From Bacteroidia bacterium (GTDB taxonomy: Bacteria; Bacteroidota; Bacteroidia; NS11-12g; UBA9320): a stretch of 45,918 nucleotides of DNA. This document shows positions 1-8,855 of this stretch, piece after piece; within the stretch, counting starts at the first letter, position 1, and the number at the start of each line of letters is the position of its first letter. The translations under genes and the position numbers were made by a program. The stretch spans positions 1 to 45,918 of the forward strand of contig JABDQY010000007.1 in the NCBI GenBank assembly GCA_013042025.1. The letters are read 5' to 3'. The notes beneath the pieces are model-generated. The model had not been told where the DNA came from. It saw only the letters and a list, made by a program, of their open reading frames with translations, and ran no database searches.

Positions 1-50
1 GCGGAATTACAAATCCAGGAAAAGGTAAATTAATCCAAAAACTCTATTTG

Positions 51-164
51 TTAAGATTTACGTTTTCTATATGAATCTAGCAGTGGTTGAAATAGGATTA
101 AGTACAAAGACACAACAACGAAAATCAAGAACAGAACACCGAAGATGGTATAAAATACATTCAT
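51..164 (-). CDS. possible 37-aa single-pass membrane peptide (small ORF not in supplied track)
   Basis: ATG at complement of 162-164 and TAA at complement of 51-53. Hand translation is MNVFYTIFGVLFLIFVVVSLYLILFQPLLDSYRKRKS, i.e. one hydrophobic helix plus a basic tail. No family recognised. Confidence 0.25.
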   Translation of the reverse strand: MNVFYTIFGVLFLIFVVVSLYLILFQPLLDSYRKRKS

Positions 165-248
165 TTATTCGCTTTAATTAAGTCGCTCAAAAGTTAATAC
201 AATTTAGCCTAGCTTCGCAGCGTTTAAATATAGTATTACAAACTGAAA

Positions 249-635
249 ATGATTAAAAACTTTGCTTTTGTTCTTGTTCTCTTTCTTGCATTGGTTTCAT
301 GTAGTAGAAAAACGATTGGAGTTCCTTTTGTAAAAGAGATAGATCGAAATGAACTTAAGTATACATTCATCTCTTCAAATATTATTGGTGATTCATTGGT
401 TGCAAAAGTGCAATATGGTGGAGGGTGTATTAAACCACATTTATTCGAACTGGTTCAAACTACGAAAGATGATGCAGGTACCGTTTATCTTTGGTTACTC
501 CATAAAACCAAAGATGATAAGTGCAGGGCACTAGTTCGTGTTTCAAGAGCCTATGATGTATCAACAATTCTAAAAGACCCATCGGTTACTTCCATTAAGC
601 TAAATGGCGACAAGGTATTATACGAAAAGGAATAA
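249..635 (+). CDS. hypothetical lipoprotein
   Basis: 128-aa ORF. N-terminal signal peptide with lipobox (FLALVSC). No recognisable catalytic motif. Confidence 0.6.
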   Translation: MIKNFAFVLVLFLALVSCSRKTIGVPFVKEIDRNELKYTFISSNIIGDSLVAKVQYGGGCIKPHLFELVQTTKDDAGTVYLWLLHKTKDDKCRALVRVSRAYDVSTILKDPSVTSIKLNGDKVLYEKE

Positions 636-710
636 TAATCGTTAGCTTTTTGTAAAACTTCTTATTACCAGTCTGTTCCAATACACTTATCTCGTTTTTT
701 TTCGTTAAAC

Positions 711-3113
711 TTGAAAGAGATGAGGAGAGTTGCAGGTATTCTATTTTTGATAATTGGAATTGGTTTAGTGTATTTTCTAAACAATTCATGGAACATAAAA
801 GACACTCCACTCCCTCCATTCGGCAAACTTCTTAATCCTTTTAGTGGGATATGGCAAAACTCGGAAAGTGCTACAGATTTTGAAAGTTACAATCTGAAAT
901 CAATACATGTTAAGGAGAATATAAAAGTGGTTTTTGATGATCGAATGGTACCACACATCTATGCTCAAAACCTCCAAGACGCTCTCTTTGCACAAGGTTA
1001 TGTTGAAGCATACCATCGTCTTTTTCAAATGGACATTTCAACGCGTTCACCAGACGGTAAACTATCCGAAATTTTTGGGGAAAACCTGCTCAACTATGAT
1101 AAAACGCAACGCCGACTTGGGCTTGGATATGCTGCAGATAATGCCATCAAGGGTTGGGCAAAACATCCTGAAGAATTTAAAAATATACAAAGCTATGTGC
1201 AAGGTGTAAACCATTACATTCACAACCTATCTCAAAAAGATTTTCCATTGGAATACAAACTATTGGATTTTGAACCTTCTGAATGGAGCGTAAGACATTC
1301 TGCTCTATTGCTTAAGGCAATGACTCAAACACTTGCAGGATATGAAGAAGATGTAGAAATGAGTAATGCTTTAAAACTACTAGGCCCAGAAGACTTTAAA
1401 GCCATTTATCCAGAGTACAATCCTAAAGACAATCCTGTAATTCAAGGCCCATATGCGGCTCTAAGTCAAGAAATGACAGGTAAGTCAAGCCTTGCCAAAC
1501 TCGAATATTTTCTAAACCCAACCAATCGCCCAAAATCCCCAGAAGGAATTGGAAGTAACAACTGGGCTGTATCTGGGAGTAAAACAAAAACAGGCAAACC
1601 GCTGCTTGCAAATGACCCTCATTTAGGGCTAAGTTTACCTTCCGTTTGGTACGAAATAGCAATTACTACTCCAGAGTTCTCTGCTCGAGGAGTAACCTTA
1701 TTAGGCATGCCAGGTATTATGATTGGTTTTAACCAGAACATTGCCTGGGGAGAAACGAATGTTGGTCATGATATGATGGACTACTATAAAATAAAATGGG
1801 CAAATAGTGAAAAAATGCAATACTATTTTGATGGCAAAACAAAGGATGTCGATTTACGGATTGAATCCATAAAAGTAAAGGGCCAAGGAACAGTAAAAGA
1901 TACTGTTAGGTATACCGCTTGGGGACCAATAGTCGATGACAAAAATAGTTTAGCACTTAGATGGATTGCCCACGACGAAGCTCCAGGCAAAGAATTTATG
2001 ACATTTGTAAGTGGTATGACTAGTAACAATTATGATGAATACCTGGCCAATACTTCAGAATTTTATGCCCCTGCACAGAACTTTGTATACGCTGATAATT
2101 CTGGCGAAATTGGGTTACGTGTAAATGGGAGTATCCCAATTAAAAATCAAGGACAAGGAAGGCTAACAAGCGATGGAGATTCGAGTATATTTGGTTGGAA
2201 AGGAATTGTACCGAGAGACCACAATCCTCAAGAACGAAACCCTACAAAAGGGTATGTTACAAGTGCAAATCAATGGAGTACTACACCAGAATATCCAAAC
2301 TATTACAATGGTAGCTTTGAACCGTTTAGAGGCAGAATGATTAATCGCATATTACGAGATGCAAAAGGATTAACAATTGAGGAAATGCAAGAGATGCAGC
2401 AAAGTACTTATAGTATCGAAGCTGAGGAATCTTTGCCACATATACTAGCTGCGTTAGATAGTTCTATGTTCAGTCTTCCAGAAATAGACTTACTTCAATC
2501 TTGGGATTATAACTACACCGCAGATAGCAAAGCAGCTTTATTATATAACGTATTGTTTAAAAACTTTCAAAAAGCACTGTGGGATGAAGTGTACAATCAC
2601 ATGGATTCTATCGCACTTCCATTACCTGATAGTTGGGTGACAATCTTATTGCTCGAAGAAAATAAAGAAAGTAATTATTTTGATATCCTATCGACACCAG
2701 AAAAGGAAACATTTAGTGACATTTGCAACTTGGCGATGTCTATGACGTTGAAAGATTCCACAATTCATCATACTTGGAGTGAATCAAAAAACGCTTCAAT
2801 TCCTCATCTAATTAGGTTACCTGCTTTTTCTCATACCTTTACTGAAAACGAACCTATTAGTGGTCATAAATACGTATTAAATGCGATGCAAAGTACCTTT
2901 GGACCTAGTTGGAGAATGGTAGTTTCATTAGAGGACAATCCCACAGCATATGGAATTTATCCAGGAGGTCAGAGTGGCAATCCCGCAAGTCCTTTCTACA
3001 AAAACATGATTGATAAATGGAGAACTGGAGCCTATGATAAATTAGAGCTTTCTCGCAGTGCAGAGGATATAAAAAACGTACTTTTTAAAATTGAAATCAA
3101 TCATGAAGATTAG
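711..3113 (+). CDS. penicillin acylase / acyl-homoserine-lactone acylase family Ntn hydrolase (peptidase S45)
   Basis: 800-aa ORF with N-terminal hydrophobic anchor. Contains the GSNNWAVSG...LANDPHL motif typical of the autoprocessed beta-chain N-terminal Ser nucleophile. The listed start is TTG; an in-frame ATG at 720 is an alternative. Confidence 0.85.
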   Translation: MKEMRRVAGILFLIIGIGLVYFLNNSWNIKDTPLPPFGKLLNPFSGIWQNSESATDFESYNLKSIHVKENIKVVFDDRMVPHIYAQNLQDALFAQGYVEAYHRLFQMDISTRSPDGKLSEIFGENLLNYDKTQRRLGLGYAADNAIKGWAKHPEEFKNIQSYVQGVNHYIHNLSQKDFPLEYKLLDFEPSEWSVRHSALLLKAMTQTLAGYEEDVEMSNALKLLGPEDFKAIYPEYNPKDNPVIQGPYAALSQEMTGKSSLAKLEYFLNPTNRPKSPEGIGSNNWAVSGSKTKTGKPLLANDPHLGLSLPSVWYEIAITTPEFSARGVTLLGMPGIMIGFNQNIAWGETNVGHDMMDYYKIKWANSEKMQYYFDGKTKDVDLRIESIKVKGQGTVKDTVRYTAWGPIVDDKNSLALRWIAHDEAPGKEFMTFVSGMTSNNYDEYLANTSEFYAPAQNFVYADNSGEIGLRVNGSIPIKNQGQGRLTSDGDSSIFGWKGIVPRDHNPQERNPTKGYVTSANQWSTTPEYPNYYNGSFEPFRGRMINRILRDAKGLTIEEMQEMQQSTYSIEAEESLPHILAALDSSMFSLPEIDLLQSWDYNYTADSKAALLYNVLFKNFQKALWDEVYNHMDSIALPLPDSWVTILLLEENKESNYFDILSTPEKETFSDICNLAMSMTLKDSTIHHTWSESKNASIPHLIRLPAFSHTFTENEPISGHKYVLNAMQSTFGPSWRMVVSLEDNPTAYGIYPGGQSGNPASPFYKNMIDKWRTGAYDKLELSRSAEDIKNVLFKIEINHED

Positions 3114-3444
3114 CATAGTTGCAATAGTGTTGTTATCGATATTGGCATCATTTTTCCTACCATGGTGGGTAATCGCTCCTATCTGTTTTGTTGTAACATA
3201 TTTAGCTAAATTAAAACCAATACAAGCATTCCTAATATCATTCATTAGTATTTTCATTGTTTGGATATGTGCTATCTATTACTTTGACTATGGCTCAGTT
3301 CAACCTTTAGTTGGGGAACTACTAGGGATTCCCTCTAAACTCACATCTATAGTTGCAGCGGTTATTGGAGGATTGATGGCGGGTGTTTTTGGATTGTCTG
3401 GATCACTTCTTGGGAAAAAACCAAAAAGGTTTGTGAATGGTTAA
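3091..3444 (+). CDS. small multi-pass membrane protein, hypothetical
   Basis: 117-aa ORF with 3-4 hydrophobic segments. Overlaps the acylase stop. Alternative ATG at 3103. Confidence 0.5.
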   Translation: MKSIMKISIVAIVLLSILASFFLPWWVIAPICFVVTYLAKLKPIQAFLISFISIFIVWICAIYYFDYGSVQPLVGELLGIPSKLTSIVAAVIGGLMAGVFGLSGSLLGKKPKRFVNG

Positions 3445-3824
3445 TTGTTTTCTTCAGCTTCCTCTTTCATCTCTTCTTCAATAAGATGTTCTAATTCTGC
3501 TGAACTATTTTTATGATCAAGAATTGATTGTAGGATTTCTTCTGTAACATCTCTCCCACCTCTAAGATTTCTATATAATGTCCCAATGGTGTAAATAGGA
3601 CCCCAAGGGATTCCCCACCATCCTAAGAATAGAGTAAGAATTGTTTGAGGTAATCCTTTAATAACTGCACTGTGCCCAGCTCGCACAAAATAAACATCAG
3701 TTGGACGTTTAAACGTCATTACAATTATGGAAACGGTGTATGTAAAAAAGACAAATTTGGCACCTTCACGTACTTCTTCAACAATTTGCTCTTCTGACAA
3801 GCCTTCAATTCCATTGATTTCCAT
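3441..3824 (-). CDS. hypothetical membrane protein with acidic termini
   Basis: 127-aa ORF with two hydrophobic segments (GWWGIPWGPIYTIG) flanked by acidic N- and C-termini. Its stop codon overlaps the convergent gene's stop. Confidence 0.55.
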   Translation of the reverse strand: MEINGIEGLSEEQIVEEVREGAKFVFFTYTVSIIVMTFKRPTDVYFVRAGHSAVIKGLPQTILTLFLGWWGIPWGPIYTIGTLYRNLRGGRDVTEEILQSILDHKNSSAELEHLIEEEMKEEAEENN

Positions 3825-3852
3825 TAACCAAAGATAGAATACTATTCAACAA

Positions 3853-4509
3853 CTAAAAGTTTTTCAAAGCTTCTTTGCGACTTAGTGGCTGAAGCTCGTG
3901 ATTATTTACAAAATCCAAAACCCAATCACGATTTGTTTTGAAATACTCCCGTAGTGCCCAACCAATAGCTTTTTTAATGAAGAATTCTTTTTGAGAAATA
4001 TGAGGCAGTATAACAGATGAAAGTAGTTCTTTATCGGTATCTTTCTTGTACTTCAATTGAAACAAAATACTACTTCTAACCATCCAGATATTATCGCTTT
4101 TATTCCATTTAGATGTTGTTTTCTTTATTTCTTCTGGCCACTTTCTGAAGTATTCACCGGCCAAATTCACCGCGATGTAATCGACAGTATCCCACCATGA
4201 ATTGGTGATTATAAACCACTCTATATCTTTTATCACAGCCTTGGCCCATTGCTTCTTGCACTTCAGCATCATTTCTTGTGCTACATAATGAAACTCACGC
4301 TGGGGTAATTCAAATAACTTTTTAGCAACGGCAATTGGATTTTCAGGCAACCCCAAATCTTTATATACCAGTTTTGTAATTTCTTTTCTGGGAGTTGCCA
4401 TAATGCCAAAGTACTCATATTGACCTCGCATATATGCTTTCATTTGTACCGCTCGATTCACATCCTCATTTTGTGTGAAGCGATAACGTATTGTTTCAAT
4501 CCAATTCAT
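3853..4509 (-). CDS. DNA alkylation repair protein (AlkD-like HEAT-repeat family)
   Basis: Family-typical WWDTVD motif and helical-repeat composition. I place the start at the internal ATG (MNWIETIRYRF, complement of 4507-4509), because the longer ORF to 4590 would overlap the upstream gene, which stops at 4518. Confidence 0.75.
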   Translation of the reverse strand: MNWIETIRYRFTQNEDVNRAVQMKAYMRGQYEYFGIMATPRKEITKLVYKDLGLPENPIAVAKKLFELPQREFHYVAQEMMLKCKKQWAKAVIKDIEWFIITNSWWDTVDYIAVNLAGEYFRKWPEEIKKTTSKWNKSDNIWMVRSSILFQLKYKKDTDKELLSSVILPHISQKEFFIKKAIGWALREYFKTNRDWVLDFVNNHELQPLSRKEALKNF

Positions 4510-4517
4510 AAAAAGTT

Positions 4518-5042
4518 TTAAGGAATAATCTTTACTCCACCTTTTGACATGGCAGTATACCCATCTACATACAATGTTAAGTCGCACCAATCAATTTCTA
4601 AGGTGCCATCTTGATATGGAATCAAATACATGCTACCCCAACCATTATAATCTCTCCAAGTCCCAAAATCCTTATAAGAAACTATAAACTCAACAAAAAA
4701 TGCAGTACCCAATTCAACTTTACGTCCACTTGTTAGTGCGTGCTTAAATCCACTTGCATGGTGATAACGAATAATTATTTTCTTGGAACTTCCCCATTCC
4801 AATTTTATATCTTCAAAATCGTTATACTTCTTCACCGTTTTTGTAAAAGTACCTGAGAAATTTAACTCACCCTTTACCTCTGCAAATTCTTCTAAATTGC
4901 AGGGTGAAGTGCTAATTGTATCTCCTTCAATAGGGTCGGATATTTGATAGAGTTCATTGGATAGCTCCTTTTCTTCGCATCCGCTAATTGCAAACACAAA
5001 CAAGAATATAATCCAACAGCTTTTTCTTAGAATGGATAGCAT
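4518..5042 (-). CDS. hypothetical lipoprotein
   Basis: 174-aa ORF with signal peptide and lipobox (FAISGC). Overlaps the upstream barrel gene by 16 nt, suggesting co-transcription. Confidence 0.55.
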   Translation of the reverse strand: MLSILRKSCWIIFLFVFAISGCEEKELSNELYQISDPIEGDTISTSPCNLEEFAEVKGELNFSGTFTKTVKKYNDFEDIKLEWGSSKKIIIRYHHASGFKHALTSGRKVELGTAFFVEFIVSYKDFGTWRDYNGWGSMYLIPYQDGTLEIDWCDLTLYVDGYTAMSKGGVKIIP

Positions 5043-5830
5043 AAACCAATGTGATAATTTAAAAGTTGCTTAAATCTGAGTCTAGAACCAATTTGATTTT
5101 TCATTGACCTATTGATGCTTTCTGTATTGGGTAAATAGTCATAGATAACATATCCTGCTTCAATTGAATAGTCAAGAAACAGCTTTTTCTTAATCGCGGA
5201 AGTTGCTCCTATTCCAAGATTGATTTCGGGCAAATTCATCTTTAAAATTGGGTCTTCCATTTTGTATTCGATGTTATAATATTTCCATCCATTACTTTGA
5301 CTGGTACTAAAAACTAAATTAGAGAAATCAGCAGAAACATGATGTAGTTTTCCTCCTACATAAAAATAAGGACCAAGAGGGGCAATTGCAGCTTTCTTAT
5401 TACGGTAAAACTTCATATTTAGCCCTATGAATAAGTCTTCAATTTTAGGAGTACCTGAACGCAACCTTAAGTAATATTTTGTATTGCCGTAATCAGGCGA
5501 ACTCGGATCTCCAAGAACATAACCATAACCAGATTGATTCATGGTACTAGAAGTACGCGAATACCCTGAAGTTAAGGCCCAAGTAAATCTGGGTGTTAAT
5601 CCCCTTTGTAATTCAAGTAACACCCCAGTATTTATTGAAAAACTGGGATATTCTGATACATCTCTCTCTGAAGCCTTTTGAAATTCTAAACTTGGACTGA
5701 AATATACTTTAGCTCCAATAGTAGATTTCATTCCTAAGTAACCAGAGGTTTTTTCTTTAACCTGCACCATTTGAGCTCGAGAAATCGAGCCTAGTAGAAA
5801 GAGGATAAAAAAGAATGAAATGTGTTTCAC
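5027..5830 (-). CDS. outer-membrane beta-barrel protein (porin-family-like)
   Basis: 267-aa ORF with signal peptide ending SRAQ. Shows an alternating amphipathic strand pattern and a C-terminal aromatic residue (...CYPF). Confidence 0.6.
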   Translation of the reverse strand: MKHISFFFILFLLGSISRAQMVQVKEKTSGYLGMKSTIGAKVYFSPSLEFQKASERDVSEYPSFSINTGVLLELQRGLTPRFTWALTSGYSRTSSTMNQSGYGYVLGDPSSPDYGNTKYYLRLRSGTPKIEDLFIGLNMKFYRNKKAAIAPLGPYFYVGGKLHHVSADFSNLVFSTSQSNGWKYYNIEYKMEDPILKMNLPEINLGIGATSAIKKKLFLDYSIEAGYVIYDYLPNTESINRSMKNQIGSRLRFKQLLNYHIGLCYPF

Positions 5831-5886
5831 GGAGTAATTCCAAAGCTAACAATTCAATTGAAATTTAAAAAGTAAATGGAATTTTT

Positions 5887-6981
5887 CTATTTCCCAATAG
5901 GATTAATGGCTGCTCTAATGCTAAATACATGTGAAAGAAGTGCTGCACTTTGATCGCCTATATCGCTTAAAGCGTAGTCAATTGTTATTTTCTCAAGATT
6001 TAAACCAACACCAACGTTTGGTTGGAATGTCCATTGTTGAACATAATCCAAATCTTTTTCTTGTTGAAAATTCCCAATTCCTGCTCGCAGTTTAATAATG
6101 TCTCTATAAGAAGCTTCGATACCTAGATGCGGATCTAAACTTACAAAATCACTTTGAACCAATGTATTTCGTCGTCCGTCAGTATTAATATCCGTATTTA
6201 GTTCTGCTAGTAGACTGAAGTCTTCAGTAAACTCAATTTTCTTAGCTACCCCGAGCAATAATTTAGGTAAAGTTAGCTCCAATGAATTAACTGGGATCTC
6301 ATTCCCGGTTTGTGTAAACACATCTTTTTCTGCATCAGAAAAATTAAAACTCCATGCGTTAAACGTAGTGGTTACATCTCGAATAACTGCCGCAAACATC
6401 CAATCTTTCTCGGTTTCATATCGAGCACTTGCATCAACACCAAAACCCCACGCTGTTGTAAACTCACCTGCCCTTCGATGTATAATTTTTGCACTTCCCC
6501 CAAAACTCAAGCCCTCAGTAAGAGCTTCTTGAGCATAACTAATAAAGAAGCCATAGTCTACTGCACTAAATTCAGTTACTCTATCGTAGTTTATTTGTCC
6601 ATTTCTAATTAAATCTAATGTATTTGGTATACCGTCTACTCCAAAACGAACCATTGAAAAACTTAAAGCTGCATTATCTTTAACTTTAGTACTTAGTCCT
6701 AGGTAATCATAATTGGATATCCCACCTAAATATGCAGAATGCATAAAGGCCAATTGCAACTTATCTTCTTGCTTCACTAAACCTGAAGGATTCCAATATC
6801 CTGCAGTTACATCATCTGTTGATGCTAAAACAGAATTAGACATTCCAAATGCTCTTGCTCCTACCCCAATGGATAAGAACTCATTACTGTACTTTGGAGT
6901 CGATTGTGCATGAGTATTTTTGCTTGCACAAATGATGAGTACTGAACAAGTAAGTAATTTAAAAAGATTGGAAATTCCCAT
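5887..6981 (-). CDS. PorV/PorQ-family outer-membrane protein (T9SS-associated, FadL-like barrel)
   Basis: 364-aa ORF with signal peptide ending HAQ. The N-terminal motif IGVGARAFGMSNSVLAS..D..AGYWNPSGL resembles the PorV/PorQ/UPF0164 signature. Confidence 0.55.
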   Translation of the reverse strand: MGISNLFKLLTCSVLIICASKNTHAQSTPKYSNEFLSIGVGARAFGMSNSVLASTDDVTAGYWNPSGLVKQEDKLQLAFMHSAYLGGISNYDYLGLSTKVKDNAALSFSMVRFGVDGIPNTLDLIRNGQINYDRVTEFSAVDYGFFISYAQEALTEGLSFGGSAKIIHRRAGEFTTAWGFGVDASARYETEKDWMFAAVIRDVTTTFNAWSFNFSDAEKDVFTQTGNEIPVNSLELTLPKLLLGVAKKIEFTEDFSLLAELNTDINTDGRRNTLVQSDFVSLDPHLGIEASYRDIIKLRAGIGNFQQEKDLDYVQQWTFQPNVGVGLNLEKITIDYALSDIGDQSAALLSHVFSIRAAINPIGK

Positions 6982-6985
6982 TCGG

Positions 6986-7642
6986 TTATAATAGCTGTAT
7001 TTCTAACGCACCAATAGAACGTTCTAAATCCGGTTCTATTGTTTCACAAATTTCAATTAGCAAGTTTCGTTGGTCATCGTTCAATTCTACCAAACCTGTT
7101 TTTAAAGCAACTTGTTCAACTGAGTAAACAACATTCTCAATGCTTGTATAGTTTTTTAAGAATGCAGCCTTCATAAATCTTCTATGTTGACCCTTCCACA
7201 ATTCATCATCTTGCAATCCTGCATAACGCATGTACTTTAGCATCCAGTCCATTTCTACACTATCAATCATAGCATAAAAGTCTTCAGCTAAGTTTGGATT
7301 TTTGTCTAGCAAGATTTTATCTAGCAGTACTTCAACCAAAATATGGGTAATGAAATAATCGCGATTTATATCCTTATCACCACTTTCACGAATCATATCA
7401 GTTGCCCTTCCTGTAAGTTCTACAAATGTCATCCAATTGTGAAATTTTCGATCACTAGCAAAATGCTTGTTACACCCTTTGTTAATTGAAGAAATTTCAC
7501 TGGTTGTAAACTCAATATTTTTATATGGATTTATCCGTAATTTGGAAATGTGACTTCGAGCAAGATCAGGTAAAACTAATCCAAGATTATAATATTTGTT
7601 GTCTTCTGAGCTATCGAAATAGTAATGACTTAAATAATTCAC
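6986..7642 (-). CDS. acyl carrier protein phosphodiesterase-like protein (AcpH/DUF479 family)
   Basis: Family members start MN-x-L-x-H. Here (V)NYLSHYYF follows a GTG at complement of 7640-7642, with later LPDLAR and H..D..FH-like motifs. The listed ORF extends to 7732 but would abut the divergent gene at 7733 with no promoter space. Confidence 0.45.
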   Translation of the reverse strand: MNYLSHYYFDSSEDNKYYNLGLVLPDLARSHISKLRINPYKNIEFTTSEISSINKGCNKHFASDRKFHNWMTFVELTGRATDMIRESGDKDINRDYFITHILVEVLLDKILLDKNPNLAEDFYAMIDSVEMDWMLKYMRYAGLQDDELWKGQHRRFMKAAFLKNYTSIENVVYSVEQVALKTGLVELNDDQRNLLIEICETIEPDLERSIGALEIQLL

Positions 7643-7732
7643 TAGTGCAAAGAAAATAAATTGTTGACAATAAAAATAATCAAGGTTTTCATCCGTTGTA
7701 AATTGCGAGTACTTAATTAGAATAATAAGCAA

Positions 7733-8269
7733 ATGAAAAATATATTTTTAGCTCTTTTTGTTGCATTATCACTTGTTTCTTTAGGACAAGAAAATATTAT
7801 TCCAGTAAATGAAAAAACTGGAAATGCAGAATATACGAATGTGATAGAGGTAGCAAATGCCACGCAAACGCAATTGTATAATAGAGCACTTATCTGGATT
7901 AATGAATTTTATGCTAATCCACAAGGAACAATTAAAACTCAAGATTCTGCTAATAGTATTGAAGGTAAAGCACGATTTCGAGTAAAACTAACCGACAAAA
8001 AAGGTAGAACTATTGGTCAGAGTAATGTTAATTACAATTTTAAAATTGAATTAAAAGATGGTAAATACCGTTATGTTGTTGATCGAATAAACTGGCAACA
8101 ACCTTCATATTATGATGTAAGCAGGTGGGAAAAGAAAGACGACCCTAGATATGAAGAAGAGAAATACCCCGCCTATGTAGAACAAACTGCTGCATACTTT
8201 GAGGATATGCTCAATAAACTGAATGTTGCTATGGAGAAAGAAGAAGAAGTTGAATCTTCGGATTGGTAA
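7733..8269 (+). CDS. DUF4468-like secreted protein
   Basis: 178-aa ORF with signal peptide. The pattern ...LYNRALIWINEFY...IEGKARFRV...YNFKIELKDGKYRY is typical of the DUF4468 (TBP-like fold) family. Confidence 0.55.
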   Translation: MKNIFLALFVALSLVSLGQENIIPVNEKTGNAEYTNVIEVANATQTQLYNRALIWINEFYANPQGTIKTQDSANSIEGKARFRVKLTDKKGRTIGQSNVNYNFKIELKDGKYRYVVDRINWQQPSYYDVSRWEKKDDPRYEEEKYPAYVEQTAAYFEDMLNKLNVAMEKEEEVESSDW

Positions 8270-8334
8270 CACACCATACGATTTACATATAGTTATATCA
8301 ACTTTTAAAATTGCATTCAGGTTTCATCTCTAAT

Positions 8335-8342
8335 TACCTTTG
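8335..8342 (+). promoter_or_regulatory. Bacteroidota -7 promoter box TACCTTTG (TAnnTTTG) for dps
   Basis: Exact TAnnTTTG match. A TTG at 8311-8313 lies 21 nt upstream (-33 element). The ATG at 8347 is only 4 nt downstream of the box. Confidence 0.4.
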
Positions 8343-8346
8343 AACT

Positions 8347-8811
8347 ATGAATTCAATAGGACTACCAACAACTCAAACAAAAGAAATAGTTAAAGGATTA
8401 AATAATCTTCTAGCGAGCTATTCAGTTTTATACATGAACACACGTGGATTTCACTGGAACATTAAAGGAAAAGAATTTTTTGAACTTCACTTAAAGTTTG
8501 AAGAAATATACAACACACTAGTGCTCCAGATTGATGAAATCGCTGAAAGAATTCTTACTTTAGAAGGAACGCCTTTACATTCATTTACCGACAACTTAAA
8601 GCATTCTGCTATCAAAGAAATGACACACATTACTGATGGAAAGATTGCACTTGAAAATATCTTAGAAAGTTATACCACAATTCTAAATCAAGAACGTAGT
8701 ATCCTAAAACTTGCTGGAGATATAGATGACGAAGGTACTGCTGCTCAAATGAGTGACTACATTAAGCTTCAAGAAAAAGAAGTTTGGATGTTCAGATCGT
8801 ACTTAGCTTAA
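8347..8811 (+). CDS. dps: Dps-family DNA starvation/stationary-phase protection protein (ferritin-like)
   Basis: 154 aa. Carries the HWNIKGKEFFELHLKFEE ferroxidase-centre motif typical of Dps. Confidence 0.85.
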   Translation: MNSIGLPTTQTKEIVKGLNNLLASYSVLYMNTRGFHWNIKGKEFFELHLKFEEIYNTLVLQIDEIAERILTLEGTPLHSFTDNLKHSAIKEMTHITDGKIALENILESYTTILNQERSILKLAGDIDDEGTAAQMSDYIKLQEKEVWMFRSYLA

Positions 8812-8855
8812 GCTTATTGTAATGGGCTACCGGTTTATTTTTTACTTTCGCACAG

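Noticed and set aside
1-33. Possible 3' end of a plus-strand gene (frame 1: AELQIQEKVN, then stop).
   Set aside because: Only 10 codons are visible, so this cannot be supported from the window.
934-2029. Short ORFs inside or antisense to the acylase gene (934-1209 +, 1423-1662 -, 1823-2029 -). The same kind of ORF occurs elsewhere in the track: 349-534, 595-819, 3042-3257, 6310-6612, 6713-6913, 8954-9145, 9464-9763, 11030-11266, 12168-12371, 15007-15499, 15845-16078, 17539-17941, 21909-22181, 25494-25685, 27724-28005, 29142-29333, 31484-31866, 34041-34301, 34867-35064, 36846-37070, 38327-38512, 41506-41751, 44086-44376.
   Set aside because: All lie wholly within long, motif-supported genes in another frame or on the other strand, and have low-complexity or odd composition. 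They are typical shadow ORFs of AT-rich DNA.
7643-7732. N-terminal 30-codon extension of the AcpH-like ORF (MLIILIKYSQFTTDENLDYFYCQQFIFFAL).
   Set aside because: It would leave zero intergenic space before the divergent gene at 7733. The family signature starts exactly at the GTG-encoded (V)NYLSHYY.
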